DNA of 64,000 nucleotides from Octopus bimaculoides (Eukaryota): assembly GCF_001194135.2 (NCBI RefSeq), contig NC_068983.1, positions 82,241,790 to 82,305,789 of the forward strand, in the 5' to 3' direction. This document shows positions 1 to 13,002 of this stretch, piece by piece (within the stretch, counting starts at the first letter, position 1; every line of letters starts with the position of its first letter). The notes below the pieces were generated by a model that saw nothing but the letters and a program-made list of their open reading frames with translations, was not told where the DNA came from and searched no databases. A program made the position numbers and the translations under genes.

Positions 1-2030
1 CAGGGCGTATTGGTAGACGATCCCGAGGAGATGTGTNNNNNNNNNNNNNNNNNNNNNNNNNNNNNNNNNNNNNNNNNNNNNNNNNNNNNNNNNNNNNNNN
101 NNNNNNNNNNNNNNNNNNNNNNNNNNNNNNNNNNNNNNNNNNNNNNNNNNNNNNNNNNNNNNNNNNNNNNNNNNNNNNNNNNNNNNNNNNNNNNNNNNNN
201 NNNNNNNNNNNNNNNNNNNNNNNNNNNNNNNNNNNNNNNNNNNNNNNNNNNNNNNNNNNNNNNNNNNNNNNNNNNNNNNNNNNNNNNNNNNNNNNNNNNN
301 NNNNNNNNNNNNNNNNNNNNNNNNNNNNNNNNNNNNNNNNNNNNNNNNNNNNNNNNNNNNNNNNNNNNNNNNNNNNNNNNNNNNNNNNNNNNNNNNNNNN
401 NNNNNNNNNNNNNNNNNNNNNNNNNNNNNNNNNNNNNNNNNNNNNNNNNNNNNNNNNNNNNNNNNNNNNNNNNNNNNNNNNNNNNNNNNNNNNNNNNNNN
501 NNNNNNNNNNNNNNNNNNNNNNNNNNNNNNNNNNNNNNNNNNNNNNNNNNNNNNNNNNNNNNNNNNNNNNNNNNNNNNNNNNNNNNNNNNNNNNNNNNNN
601 NNNNNNNNNNNNNNNNNNNNGTAGGACGCTGGACAGAGGGACCGGTTAAGTTGCTGGGGGTTTGGTTCGGTCCAGACCTCCAGGTGGAGAAGAACTGGGC
701 AGAGGTATCTAGCAAGATAGCCAGCATAGCCAAGAGATGGTCTTGGCGAAGGCTATCCTTGAAAGGGATGGCGGAGGTAGCCAATGTGTTTATCGCATCG
801 GTGATTACCTACCGCCTGACCGTCGTGCCCTGCCCTGATTCGTGGTTGACCAAGTTGGAAAGACAGCTCTTTCACTTTTTGTGGAGGGGCTCGAAGCCAC
901 TTGTGAGATACTCTATCTGTTGTCAGAAACCGTTAAAATGAGGTTTAGGGATGCCTTGGCTGATTATGCGCAAGCACGCGTTGAGGTTGAGGCATCTTTG
1001 GGTACTCCTGGATGGTGACCAGGTGTGGACTCCGTTGGCTAGACAAACGTCCCCCAACTTTGCTAGTATGAATGCAAAGGAGGCTTGGTGCTTTCGCAGA
1101 CCGAGGTTGAATATGTGGTATACGGAGTGTCGTAAGGCACTCCTGCTATTCCGTCGCTCAGGCAACGCCGGCAGCGGGGGTTCTACAGCATTCTTTTATA
1201 GAGGGTTAGTAGAGGCAGAATGTGACGATGGCCTGAGAACGACCCTGGGTCTCGGATTTATCGAACTCGACAGCCTGTTCTTCCGTACATTCGGGTTGAA
1301 GTCATTGGATAATTTCTAAATGTCTTTGACCTGGCAATGCTACAGAGGAGCCTTGCCCGTTCGTGATAAACTTGCAAGACACGGAATGCAGACATCTCCG
1401 ACCTGTCCAAGATGCAGGCAGGATAGGGAAACCGTCCTGCACGCTTTTGTACGGTGTCCGGAGATTTCTGAGATGTGGGTTTACATGGAACACCTAGTGT
1501 CAAGTGAGGGAAGAGTACAGTTGTCGGCCGAGTCAATCATAAAAATTGACCCGCCTAGTTTGTTATCAAACGAAGGTAAGAAATGTTTCCTCATTACAAT
1601 AGCAATAGCGAAAGAGGTAGCGTGGAAGACAAGAACGGAAGGAATCAAGACAGGCACTTTTATCTCCAGTCAAAATATGGTAAGATATTTTTCTTTTCAT
1701 TTGAAAAGAAAGATACGGCTGGAGAGAAAGTGCATGTCGCACGAGAGTTGCGAGTGAAAGAGAGCAATTGAATACGCCATAAGTGTCTTCAAAAGTGTCA
1801 GTGGTGGGATGGGGCTCGTGGGGTCGGAGCGAAACCCAGTCCCCCACTTCATTGTTCTATGTTGGTTTTTGTTTTTGTATACCATTCGATTTAAACCGAT
1901 TTTCATTGTAATTTTTAATTGCTAAATTTTTATTTTGCGTCGATTTTATTGTGTAACTATATTTTTATTTGACCCCAAATCAGATGTATTGTCCCTTCTA
2001 TGTTTCGCCCCTTGTGGGTAATAAAGAGAT
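1..2030 (+). mobile_element. Tx1/L1-clade non-LTR retrotransposon, 3' half of ORF2 plus 3' UTR, decayed (in-frame stops at 939-941, 1317-1319, 1755-1757)
   Basis: ORFs 33..941, 951..1319 and 1320..1757 share one frame. They read KLLGVWFG...NW...KI....W..R.LSLKG...V.N (post-RT), GLGMP, and a zf-RVT-like RGALPVRDKL...CPRC....ETVLHAFVRC. The 3' UTR is T-rich and ends at AATAAA 2020-2025. The RT core would fall in the N gap 37-620. Confidence 0.9.
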
Positions 2031-2073
2031 CTCTTTTGACTGGTGCCTTCGTTGAGGCTTGTGTGCGTTTTTT

Positions 2074-2153
2074 ACCTTGAAGATGGGGTTATCACTAGTT
2101 TGTGCTCTATTGTGCTCTAAATACGGTGATATATCCCCGAAATGGCCATAGGT
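2074..2153 (+). ncRNA. Type I minimal hammerhead ribozyme motif (C3U variant, AUA cleavage site)
   Basis: Stem I ACC(2074-76)/GGT(2151-53). Core TTGAAGA 2077-83 plus an extra T. Stem II GGGG(2085-88)/CCCC(2135-38) and TATCAC(2090-95)/GTGATA(2126-31). GAAA 2139-42. Stem III is the palindrome ATGGCCAT. NUH = ATA 2148-50. Confidence 0.75.
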
Positions 2154-2829
2154 GTTTTGTGTTTGTATTCCGACCTATATTTGTAATCCATTGTAAATGA
2201 TGTTAAATTATGGTTTGGCTTTACTGATGTTACCTGCTGGATGTTGGTTTAATGTATCGACTTGTGTGCCTTGATTTTCTTAGACTTAAATAACGCTGAT
2301 GATAAAATTATGAATTTTACTTTGTTACACATTGGATGTTCTGTTATGTATTCCTGTGTATGAATTACGAAATTGGATTTTACCTGCTAAATTTGCTGTC
2401 ATGAGAGAAGTAATGAACTTTCGTACAATTTGAACTTAAACTTCTTTTATTAGCTATTGACCTCAACGAATGAACTATTTTACTACGTTTCCCTATGTAT
2501 TATTTTTTTTCTCTATATTATTTTTTTATATATATATATATATATTTTTATTCCACTATATCTGTACCGGTCTGTAATATTTTTAATCAACTTTTTAATC
2601 GCAGTTTATTTATTTATGTTATTCTATTATATTTTTAATCGACTTTATTCCTATGTATAAAAATTTTGACTTCCCTTTGCTTTTTGGTTTTGTGGTTTAT
2701 GCTGTACTTCTTATATGTGGTCATTGGTGGGCTGTGGCTGTTTGAGTCGATGACCTAACNNNNNNNNNNACTTCTTTTACAGCCTTGTATAAATTCTTGG
2801 TTTTCTTATACAAAACAGTTAATATTGAA

Positions 2830-2875
<46 letters not shown>

Positions 2876-2903
2876 AAACACAGGCGTTTCGAAGAGTTAG
2901 TGC

Positions 2904-2935
<32 letters not shown>

Positions 2936-3302
2936 TCGTTTTTCAATATTAATATGTACATGTATAACTCTCTATGGTTTTTTTCTACTAGTGCACGTTA
3001 TATTCTACTATACACACGTAGCCCTGTTTACATTATACTTCGTCTCAACCTGTTACCATTTTTTAAAACATATCAGATTTTTATTCTTATTTTTATGTTA
3101 TAGTTTACTGCACATAGACGTACATACACATTGATATGTCTGTCTTTTTTTCTCTTTCGTCTCTCTCACTATTACTGTCATTTTCCCCCTTTTACAACTT
3201 GCTTGTAAATATCTGATTTTTCCCTTTTACCCCTTTTGTATTCTCCTTTACTATATCTTATTTTAATATTAAATCTTTTTTGATATCCTTCCAAAATTCT
3301 TC

Positions 3303-3401
3303 ACCCTGATGAGAATGACAATGCATAGATTTAATTACAATTACTATGATTATAATTTTTGTTCTTACATATTTATATTGTCCTTTGAAACACGCGTATG
3401 T
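3303..3401 (+). ncRNA. Hammerhead ribozyme motif with a mismatched stem I closing pair
   Basis: CTGATGA 3306-12. Stem II GAAT-GACAAT(3313-22)/ATTGTC-CTTT(3377-86), with one mismatch and one G.U. GAAA 3387-90. Stem III AC-ACGC-GT. GTA 3396-98. Stem I ACC/TGT has a C.T mismatch next to the core. Confidence 0.55.
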
Positions 3402-3633
3402 CTTGAATCCTATTTTGTATTAAATCTAATTTTGATGCAACATCTTTTTCTCTTCCATTTTTTTATAATTGTTTATGGTTTATTTATACATATAACGATA
3501 TTTTTCAACTATTTTTCATTTTCTTATTACTTGCTCTGGCAGTTTTTTTTTAATGAAAATGGTGACTCTTTATTAGAAATCATTCTTTCTCTTTGGACCT
3601 CTCAAAGTTTTTGTTCTTTTTTAAACTTTTTTC

Positions 3634-3680
<47 letters not shown>

Positions 3681-3732
3681 ATACAGATTATATGTATACA
3701 CACACAGACACATATATATCACCATCATTAGC

Positions 3733-3960
3733 ATAATCATCATTTAGTACATGCTGGCATGGGTTAGATTTTTTGACATGGCGCTGGTCAGCTGGGAGCT
3801 GTCTAGACTCCAATTGTCTGTTGTGGCATGGTTTCTATAGCTGGATGCCCTTCCTAATGCCAACCACTTACCAAAGTGTGGTGGGTGCTTTTTATGTCCC
3901 AGCAGCACAGGTGTATTTATGCAGCACTGACATGGATGCTTTTTATGTGGTACTGGCACC
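3733..3960 (-). mobile_element. RTE-type LINE 3' UTR relic
   Basis: Contains CTGGATGCCCTTCCTAATGCCAACCACT and a decayed CATGCTGGCATGGG terminal motif, matching the better-preserved copy at 36300-36635 in reverse. Confidence 0.7.
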
Positions 3961-4230
3961 TGAAAGAAGAACCCTGATTTTACTTAGCTTGACGCTATAT
4001 ACATACATATACCTATAGGTATATGTATGTATGTATGATGGCTTAGCTGGTTGGCCAAAACACTGAAGTCACAGCCAATACTATGCTTGTCAAGGAATAA
4101 TAAATTTATACTCTACAAAAGCATGAAGTAATCCTTCATGTTAATGTAAAATTATTTTTAATATAACTGAGCATAAAACCAAACATTAATATGTGTGAGT
4201 GTATATGTATGTAGATAGATAGATAGATAC

Positions 4231-4262
<32 letters not shown>

Positions 4263-4970
4263 AAATAATTGAGATTCAGTTGAATTAAGTACTTAAGTTG
4301 AAGCACCAAGTTAGTGTGGTTTTATCCGTACAACTCAAAGTAAGGTGAATAAAATCAAAATAAGCAACAGGATATCAAGAAGTGATGCGGTACAACCGTT
4401 TCAAGTGGCTCCATTTTATTGAACAATGCAATCATTACATCAATTTAAAAGCAGGTCTATCCTTAGCTGCATAAATAAATAAATAGTTTTATAACCAGTT
4501 GGACACATTAATATAATTTTACTCAAATTCTCTAATAGAGCAAGAAGAGGGAGAAAGTCCATGTTGCTACTAATGTGACTCAGAATATACTACACTTCAA
4601 AGACCTATATGAAGTTTGTTAGGGTCATAGCTTGTAAATGATTGTGGTTTACTTAATTTATTAGTCATTTTTTTATCAACTACCAAATCTAAGGTTAGAG
4701 GACAGTGTCTGTTTAGAATGGATAGACAGTGTATACATACATAAATATATAAAATTATTATTTATATAGATAGATAGGATGATAAATTGAATATTAATTC
4801 AATTTAAAGTGGCCTAGCATATGAACAAATCTGAAAATTCAGAAAAAATTTCTGGAATTTTCGTGAAATTTTTCTAAAGAACATTACTTTTCTTTATGGT
4901 TGGGTCGTTGATGACCTCTTTCTAGCATATTGGATGTCCACCTACTGGTCATCCCTAATACACGTGTAGT

Positions 4971-5004
<34 letters not shown>

Positions 5005-5574
5005 TCATATATGTATTATTCTTAAATATGAATATTATTGACAGTGAGTTAGATGTTTCAGCCAGTTTAGCAAACATCAGACTGCAATGCACTGAAGTAT
5101 GCATATATATACATACATACATACATACATAATTAACGTGACTTACATACATGCATACATAACATACATAAATTCATAATTATTTAGTTAGAAAATGGAA
5201 TAATTAGAATAATAAATAGAATAAATTTTGCTTAGATATCCAGAAAGAAGCATTTTGTACGATAACATTTATACAGCTTCATCAGATAATAAAACAAGAG
5301 CTCTTTAATCAATTAGTCTGCATAAACAATCTACTTCTAATAAAAGAATTCTTTTGGAGTATCAACATGTCTATCTGGAGGCATGTGTGTCTATACAGAA
5401 TTGATCCTGTCGCATGCTCCCTCATACATTTGTGTAACTGCCTCACACCCTATCCACTTAATGCATTTCTCTGCTGGTCATAAATCTGTTGATATTGAGT
5501 TATTTTGAGAGGTGTAATACCTTGATTAACAGATGCTTAGTGACGTGGCAGTGTGTCTGTGTATTGTGTCAGTA

Positions 5575-5587
5575 CATAAGTGTGCAT

Positions 5588-5651
<64 letters not shown>

Positions 5652-5662
5652 GAGTGCATATG

Positions 5663-5693
<31 letters not shown>

Positions 5694-7368
5694 ATATGTA
5701 TGTATGTACATATATATGCACACACACATACATATATACATACATATATGCATACATACACATATATTTATGTATGTGTGTGTAGATGTGTGCATAGGTG
5801 CTTCAGTGTTGTCATGTCTGTATGCATATATGTGTGTAAGAGTATACATATAAACACACACACCCTCAAACACAAGCAGATATATATGTATATATATATA
5901 TATATATGTACATATATGTGTGTCTGTATGAATATATGTATATGTATGTATAAATATCTGTCTATATCAATCAATCTATTTATCTATATACAAATATATG
6001 TAAAAGTATATATATATATATATATACTTATATATGAGTATATATTTATACATATATATATACACACATATAGATATATGTATATATATATATGTATATT
6101 TGCACGCACACACAAATGTGCATACACTCGCACACAAACACTCCTGTATGTAAGTATATATGTATACATGAGTGTGCATGCATACATATCTCCATATGTA
6201 TAACTGATAAATTGTATTTAGCGACTTATGTCTGTTTTAATGGAATGTCAAACAGGGGCATATTTACATATATACACATGCATGTATATATTTATACAAA
6301 CATACAAACTTCTATATGCATACATACATACATACATACATACATATACATGTGTGTGTGTATGTGCGTATGTGTGTGCGTGTGTGTTTAAACAGGTGGG
6401 TTGATAGCAATATATAAGTTGCATGTCATAATGTAATTAATTTTTACATTATTCTATGTGTGTGTCTGTTTGTTAAACATCAGAATGTGTATGTACATAT
6501 GTGGATCTATATCTATCTATCTATCTATCTATCATCTGTTTTCTATGCTGGCACATATATATATATATATATATATATATANNNNNNNNNNNNNNNNNNN
6601 NNNNNNNNNNNNNNNNNNNNNNNNNNNNNNNNNNNNNNNNNNNNNNNNNNNNNNNNNNNNNNNNNNNNNNNNNNNNNNNNNNNNNNNNNNNNNNNNNNNN
6701 NNNNNNNNNNNNNNNNNNNNNNNNNNNNNNNNNNNNNNNNNNNNNNNNNNNNNNNNNNNNNNNNNNNNNNNNNNNNNNNNNNNNNNNNNNNNNNNNNNNN
6801 NNNNNNNNNNNNNNNNNNNNNNNNNNNNNNNNNNNNNNNNNNNNNNNNNNNNNNNNNNNNNNNNNNNNNNNNNNNNNNNNNNNNNNNNNNNNNNNNNNNN
6901 NNNNNNNNNNNNNNNNNNNNNNNNNNNNNNNNNNNNNNNNNNNNNNNNNNNNNNNNNNNNNNNNNNNNNNNNNNNNNNNNNNNNNNNNNNNNNNNNNNNN
7001 NNNNNNNNNNNNNNNNNNNNNNNNNNNNNNNNNNNNNNNNNNNNNNNNNNNNNNNNNNNNNNNNNNNNNNNNNNNNNNNNNNNNNNNNNNNNNNNNNNNN
7101 NNNNNNNNNNNNNNNNNNNNNNNNNNNNNNNNNNNNNNNNNNNNNNNNNNNNNNNNNNNNNNNNNNNNNNNNNNNNNNNNNATATGCATATATATATATA
7201 CACACACATATATATATGCATATGCATATATATATATACACACACATATATATATGCATATGCATATATATATATACACACACATATATATATATATATG
7301 CATATATATATATACACACACATATATATATATATATGTATACATACACACATACATATATATGTCTC

Positions 7369-7406
<38 letters not shown>

Positions 7407-7574
7407 CCCACAAACACTTATACAGACAGACAAAGATATATATATATATATTTGCACATGTGTTTGTACGTATACACTTACATACATATGTGTGTGTGTG
7501 TATATATGTGTGTGTGTGTGTGTGTATATATGCATGTGTGTGTGTATATATGTGTGTGTGTGTGTGTGTATATA

Positions 7575-7625
<51 letters not shown>

Positions 7626-7790
7626 ATATATATATGTGTGTGTGTATATATATGTGTGTGTATGTATGTGTATGTATATGTATTTGTGTATATGTGTATG
7701 TATATATATATGTGTATGTATATATGTGTATAGATATACATATGCATATATGTATATGTCTGCTTTCATTGAAATATGCACACTTGTGTA
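5575..7790. repeat. Compound (TG)n/(TA)n/(TATG)n/(TCTA)n microsatellite tract with an assembly gap
   Basis: Seen directly; it generates the long YIYI/VCVC pseudo-ORFs. Confidence 0.95.
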
Positions 7791-8969
7791 TCTATGTGTT
7801 GATATAGTGATATTAATGATAATAATATTAGTAGTATAATGTTTGTGGAAAGTAAGGTGTTTCTACATTCTTTTGCATATGTATGTGTGTGTGTGAGCAT
7901 GCACATATGTGTGTAATGACTGAATGTATTTGCATATATGCCTATGTATTGTGTGTTACCAGTGAACGCATGTTAGCAAGATGATGCATGCTTGTATCTG
8001 TCTAGTATTTGGTGAATGGGTGTTTGGTGAGAAGTAGAGTGGTCGACAGCTTTTGTTTCATAGTGTTTCATTACAGAAGAAATACAATCAAAATAATTAA
8101 GCTTTTGTTAATCGGAATGGATTTGTTCTATTTCAAGCAAAATTAAAATAAGACAAAAACAAAAAAATATTGTTAATTTAAGATTGATTCTTAATGAGCA
8201 GGACCTAAAACCAAAAACATAGAACAATTTGACTCTTGAAACTTTGTAAAGTTTCTCAAAATAAATGATTAAATAAACACAGTAATAATATATGTATAGT
8301 ATATAGGCCAATAGTTAAACTATCCAATGGATTAAACATTTACTCATGCAGAAAATATGAATCCTTTGATGATCTAAACCAGTGGCTTTCAACTGGGGTC
8401 CATTTGAACCTGAGGATGGGTGGATCGACACACAATTTTGTGGGGTACCCACAAGCAAAATAATAAATTGGGGACTCACAGTAGTAGTTTAAGGCCCCAT
8501 GAAAAATTCTGATTTAGATGTAATCTATTGCAAGAAACGGCAAGATTTCTTTCTCTAACACTTGACATAGTTCAACCTACACAAATTGTGTGAAAAGCAG
8601 CATAGGAATTTTGAAAGAAATATCTAGAAAAGTGGTTTTAAACTTCGATTGGTGATGGGGGTCTGCCAGTGTATTAGATAAAAATCTGTAATAGAAGTTA
8701 TTAATATCATAAAAAACAAATAGCAATCAAACCTCCCTTGAAACTCTGGCTAATATTCGGATTTTGTAAACAGCACTTTCTTCTTCCTACTTACTGATGC
8801 AGACTATCTATCCCCTGGTTTCTTAGGATTCTATCATTTCTATATATATATATAGATTGTGTGTATGTGCATATATGTGTGTGTGTGTGTGTATGTGCAT
8901 ATATGTGTGAGTGTGTATGTGCATAGGAATGTGTGAGTGTGTATGTATATATATGTGTCTATCTATCTA

Positions 8970-9351
8970 TGTGGAGGTGCAATGGCCCAGTGGTTAGGGC
9001 AACGGACTCGCGATCATAGGATCATGATCTCGATTCCCAGAACGGGCGTTGTGAGTGTTTATTGAGCGAAAACACATAAAACTCCATGAGGCTCCAGCAG
9101 GGGATGGTGGCGAACCCTGCTGTACTCTTCCACCACAACTTTCTCTCACTCTTACTTCCTGTTTCTGTTGTGCCTGTAATTCAAAGGGTCAGCCTTGTCA
9201 CACTGTCACGCTGAATTTCCCCGAGAACTATGTTAAGGGTACCTTTGTCTGTGGAGTGCTCAGCCACTTGCACGTTAATGTCATGAGCAGGCTGTTCCAT
9301 TGATCGGATCAACTGGAACCCTCGACGTCGTAAGCGATGGAGTGCCAACAA
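8970..9351 (+). mobile_element. tRNA-derived SINE, family C head with tail type 1
   Basis: A-box-like TGGCCCAGTGG and B-box-like GATCTCGATTCCC. The head is similar to those at 12049(-), 29687(-), 39220(-) and 54847(+). The tail is shared with 38970-39070. Confidence 0.8.
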
Positions 9352-9453
9352 CTATCCATATATATGTATATATACATATATATAGATGTGTGTGTATGTA
9401 TATATACATACACACATATATATTATACATGTATGTGTGTATATGTGTGTGTG

Positions 9454-9489
<36 letters not shown>

Positions 9490-9673
9490 TATATGTATGT
9501 CTGTATGAGTTAAAAGTTAAACTTTTAGTGGATATTTTAAGGAAACATTTAAGGGATATTAAATATCCAATATACTACTGGATGTGTACCTACCATCTAA
9601 TAAATAGATATAATGGAATGTTTACTGGCTGATGTTTGTCAATTTTATATCCTCTCCATTTTCTTATTTGCCT

Positions 9674-9718
<45 letters not shown>

Positions 9719-11004
9719 ATATTATCCAAATTAGAAGACAAAGAGAGAGTGTAGTACATCTTTAATAACCAGTTACAATTGTTTCAATATGATTATTTTT
9801 AACATCATTTCACATGAGTTCCATTTGAGAGGTTTTCTACTTTTTATAGTTTTAAACTTTAAAGCTGCACTTCACCAGACTTGCATCAAAAGGTGCACTC
9901 TAACATTGTGCTTCATTGTGTGGCAGTGGTGATTTACACACTCATACCCCACCACATACACATAGGTATACATACATTCATAAACATATGGAAATGTACA
10001 CATACACATGTATATATATACTACAATATTCAAGTTGATGTACTCACCAAAAGCATACAGAATATGTACAGGAGAAGTTAGAACGGAGGTAAAAGAAGAG
10101 GAAACAGTAGGGGTAGTCATTCAGATCTTTGTGTTTGCTGATTGAACGGATATGTATGTATGTGAAACAGCATGTATATTTCTTTCCTTTATTTAGATTT
10201 TATTTATTTTTATCTTTTATTCTAGAGAAAATTCTGTGCTCCTGAATCTTAGCAGTAATGTAGGCACCATTCAAATCACTGTACTAGTCTGTATAGTATC
10301 TATTTATTGACAGCATATATAGATCAGAAGGGGCACCTTGATCCATAAGGTCCTTGGGCAAATCAGTGCAATAAGACCTGTTTTTATTTATTTATTGACA
10401 GCAAGTCACAACTTACACAAATCAGAAATGGGTCTGTAGATTCATGTAGCTCCCAGTCAAATCAATGCACTAGGTATTATAATATATATTTCTCGACAGA
10501 AAGCAACAGCTTACAAAGATTAGAATTAGGCGTCTTGAACCCTAATGCCCTTTGGCAAATCAATACATTGGACTCTAAAGTATTTACTTTTAGACAAGCC
10601 ACGGCATACAGAGATAAAATTGAAGCCCTACAACATGAGGTACCCCAAACAACAACCCAGTATCCCAGTGCCTTAAAACAACACTGGATATGACCCTTTC
10701 AGTAGCGGTGGGGGGCATCCACTGAGATTAGTGGGATGAAAAGTTGAAGGTTTTCTCAAACCAGGGATCAGGGCCCAAATGCTTGCAACAAAGTGGACAC
10801 CTCTAAAAGAACTCAAGATCCCCAGATGTCAAACAGAGCAATAGGTTAAGTCTACCGCACAAGTAGGCAATAATGCACTGTGAATTCAGAACATAGATAT
10901 TACAAGAGCCCTGGTGACACGCACACACACACACGATAAAACTTACTTGAAAGTGAATGCATGGCATTCAATCATATAATAATACAAGTTATATATATAT
11001 ATCT

Positions 11005-11073
<69 letters not shown>

Positions 11074-11787
11074 TAAGTGGGCACAGGGCATCACGAAACA
11101 TGTGCGACAGAAAAATACGAAGTACGAGTACATGGAATATGAACTGTTTCTTCAAACAATGAAAGACACAAATGGGAAACAAGACAAACAACATAAAGAA
11201 CGACCCTTCATCAGTTGTTGGCTGTTTTTTCTACTCTCTTATTTCAAGCATTTAACAACAATATACGCTTTCGATAAAACTGTTGCTCCCGCAAAGCAAA
11301 TTAAATAAAATATGGGATTTTGCAGAGGGTCAAAATTAGTAACATAAACAGGACAGTGAAAACAAACAAGAAAGGCTGCTAATCCTAAACAAGGTAGTGG
11401 TGGTGAACGTGTAAATCAAGCTTGGACAGGAGACAGACAAGAACATATCTTCCTTGTTCCAGCTACAACGCAGGGAAAGAAGCACAAGTTCGGAGAAGAA
11501 AGAAAGATGGCCTATGGTTACGTAAGAGCCACCTGAACAAGGGAGGAGGAGGAGTGAGGGAGAGGGAGTGACAGTAATAGGATAGAATAGTGGGAGAAGA
11601 GGAGGTAAAAGAATGAGAGAAAGAGAGAAAAATGAAAGTAAAAAGGTTGTATAGGGTGCAGATATATATATATATATNNNNNNNNNNCTTGACCATAGTC
11701 AAATGACTGAAACAAGTAAAAAAAAATAAAAGAATTAAAGAATATATACAGACATATCTTACTGGCTATATCTATCTATCTACATAT

Positions 11788-12049
11788 AAAAAATAATAAA
11801 TGCGCCCTTTTAAAGCCTAGCCAGGCTCATGGGCCCGGTTTCCTGGTTTCAGTTGTGTGCATGCTCCCCAGCTGGATGGGATACCCGTCCATCGCAGCGG
11901 TACTCATTTTTTGCCAGCTGCGTGAACTGGAGCAACATGAAATGAAGTGTTTTGCTCAAGAACACAACGCGTCACCCGGTCCAGGAATCAAAACCACAAT
12001 CTTATGATCATGGTGCTGACACCCTAACCACTACTCCACGCGCTCCACA
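11788..12049 (-). mobile_element. tRNA-derived SINE, family C with tail type 2 (V-domain-like)
   Basis: The minus strand reads a tRNA-like head, then TGTGTTCTTGAGCAAAACACTT, then CTGCGATGGACGGGTATCCCATCCAG. A second copy lies at 29436-29687. Confidence 0.8.
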
Positions 12050-12169
12050 TCTATCTATCTATCTATCTATCTATCTATATGTGTGTGTATATACATACAT
12101 ATACATACATATATACACACTCTATTTCTTTATTTTCTCACTCTATTTCTTTATTTTCTCGCTCTATTT

Positions 12170-12245
<76 letters not shown>

Positions 12246-13002
12246 TCACACACACATACCCATATAAGAATATATGCGTAATGTTTCTACCACCATCCTC
12301 TGCCAAAAGCTCAATACTTTTTTTTATATATTTGCCAATCACTAAACTAAATACTAATGTACAGATGTGATCATGCATTCTGTTCTCCTCTTCTTCCTTC
12401 TTCTTCTTTTGGCTTCACCCATCTCTTTCTCCATCTCCTCAACACCCTGCTTTTTTTTTCTTTTCTATTTACCCTAATTTATCATCGAAAATGCTGTTGC
12501 TGTCCCTGCCACTGTCTTGTTATGATTATGCTTGTTGATATTGCTGTTTCATTCTTACTTGATTAAGGTTTCATAAAGGATTCTTTGTGTTATTGTTATT
12601 GTTGTTATCCAACTTGATATTATTGTTGCTGGTGTTTATTCATGGTGAGTTGACTCTTTCTTGATTAAATTTGTGCATAGTGCTTTCTTTTGTAACTTAG
12701 TTTTACAGTCTCTGTCCATCCATCCATCAATTCATATGTCTGTCTGTCTATCTATCTATCTATCTGTGTGTGTGTATCTGTCTAACAATCTGTATATGTA
12801 TCTATTATTTAATTATTTACCTACTTATCTCATGGTATCTGTCTAACTGCGATCTGCTAATTCTGTGTTTGTGTGTGTGTTTATGTGTGTGCATCTCTAT
12901 GCATGTGTGTGTGTGTATATATATATATATCAACAAATCGTGTGTGATGTTAAAACGTGTAGGCCTCAATATTATTGGTAATAGAGGACTATATTCATTG
13001 AA

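Noticed and set aside
2296-2380. CTGATGA followed by an AAAATT/AATTTT hairpin
   Set aside because: No GAAA follows the hairpin and there is no stem I partner.
4385-4420. Minus-strand GAAA-CGGTTG-TA-CCGC (3' half of a hammerhead)
   Set aside because: No CTGANGA with a GCGG stem I partner was found upstream.
8400-8515. CTGAGGA...CCCCAT-GAAA-AATTC, and a possible hAT-type MITE start at ~8380
   Set aside because: There is no stem I pairing, and I could not find a matching second TIR.
8970-9050. tRNA-like heads of the SINEs as tRNA genes
   Set aside because: The B boxes and acceptor stems are degenerate and each continues into a SINE body.
10330-10580. Four CAAATCA(G/A)T motifs at irregular 40-100 bp spacing, superficially array-like
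   Set aside because: The repeats are short, degenerate and irregularly spaced in a eukaryotic context. This is not a CRISPR array and is probably a decayed MITE.
11071-11530. Minus-strand GAAA...ATA-TTGTTG...CAACAA-CTGATGA resembling a type II hammerhead (~11195-11275)
   Set aside because: Stem I pairs, but stems II and III do not. The segment is probably a PLE-type relic, but I cannot support a ribozyme call.
12121-12174. 21-bp unit repeated 2.6 times; also a ~33-bp unit repeated 3 times at ~36990-37082
   Set aside because: These are ordinary local minisatellites next to microsatellites, with nothing further to support a function.
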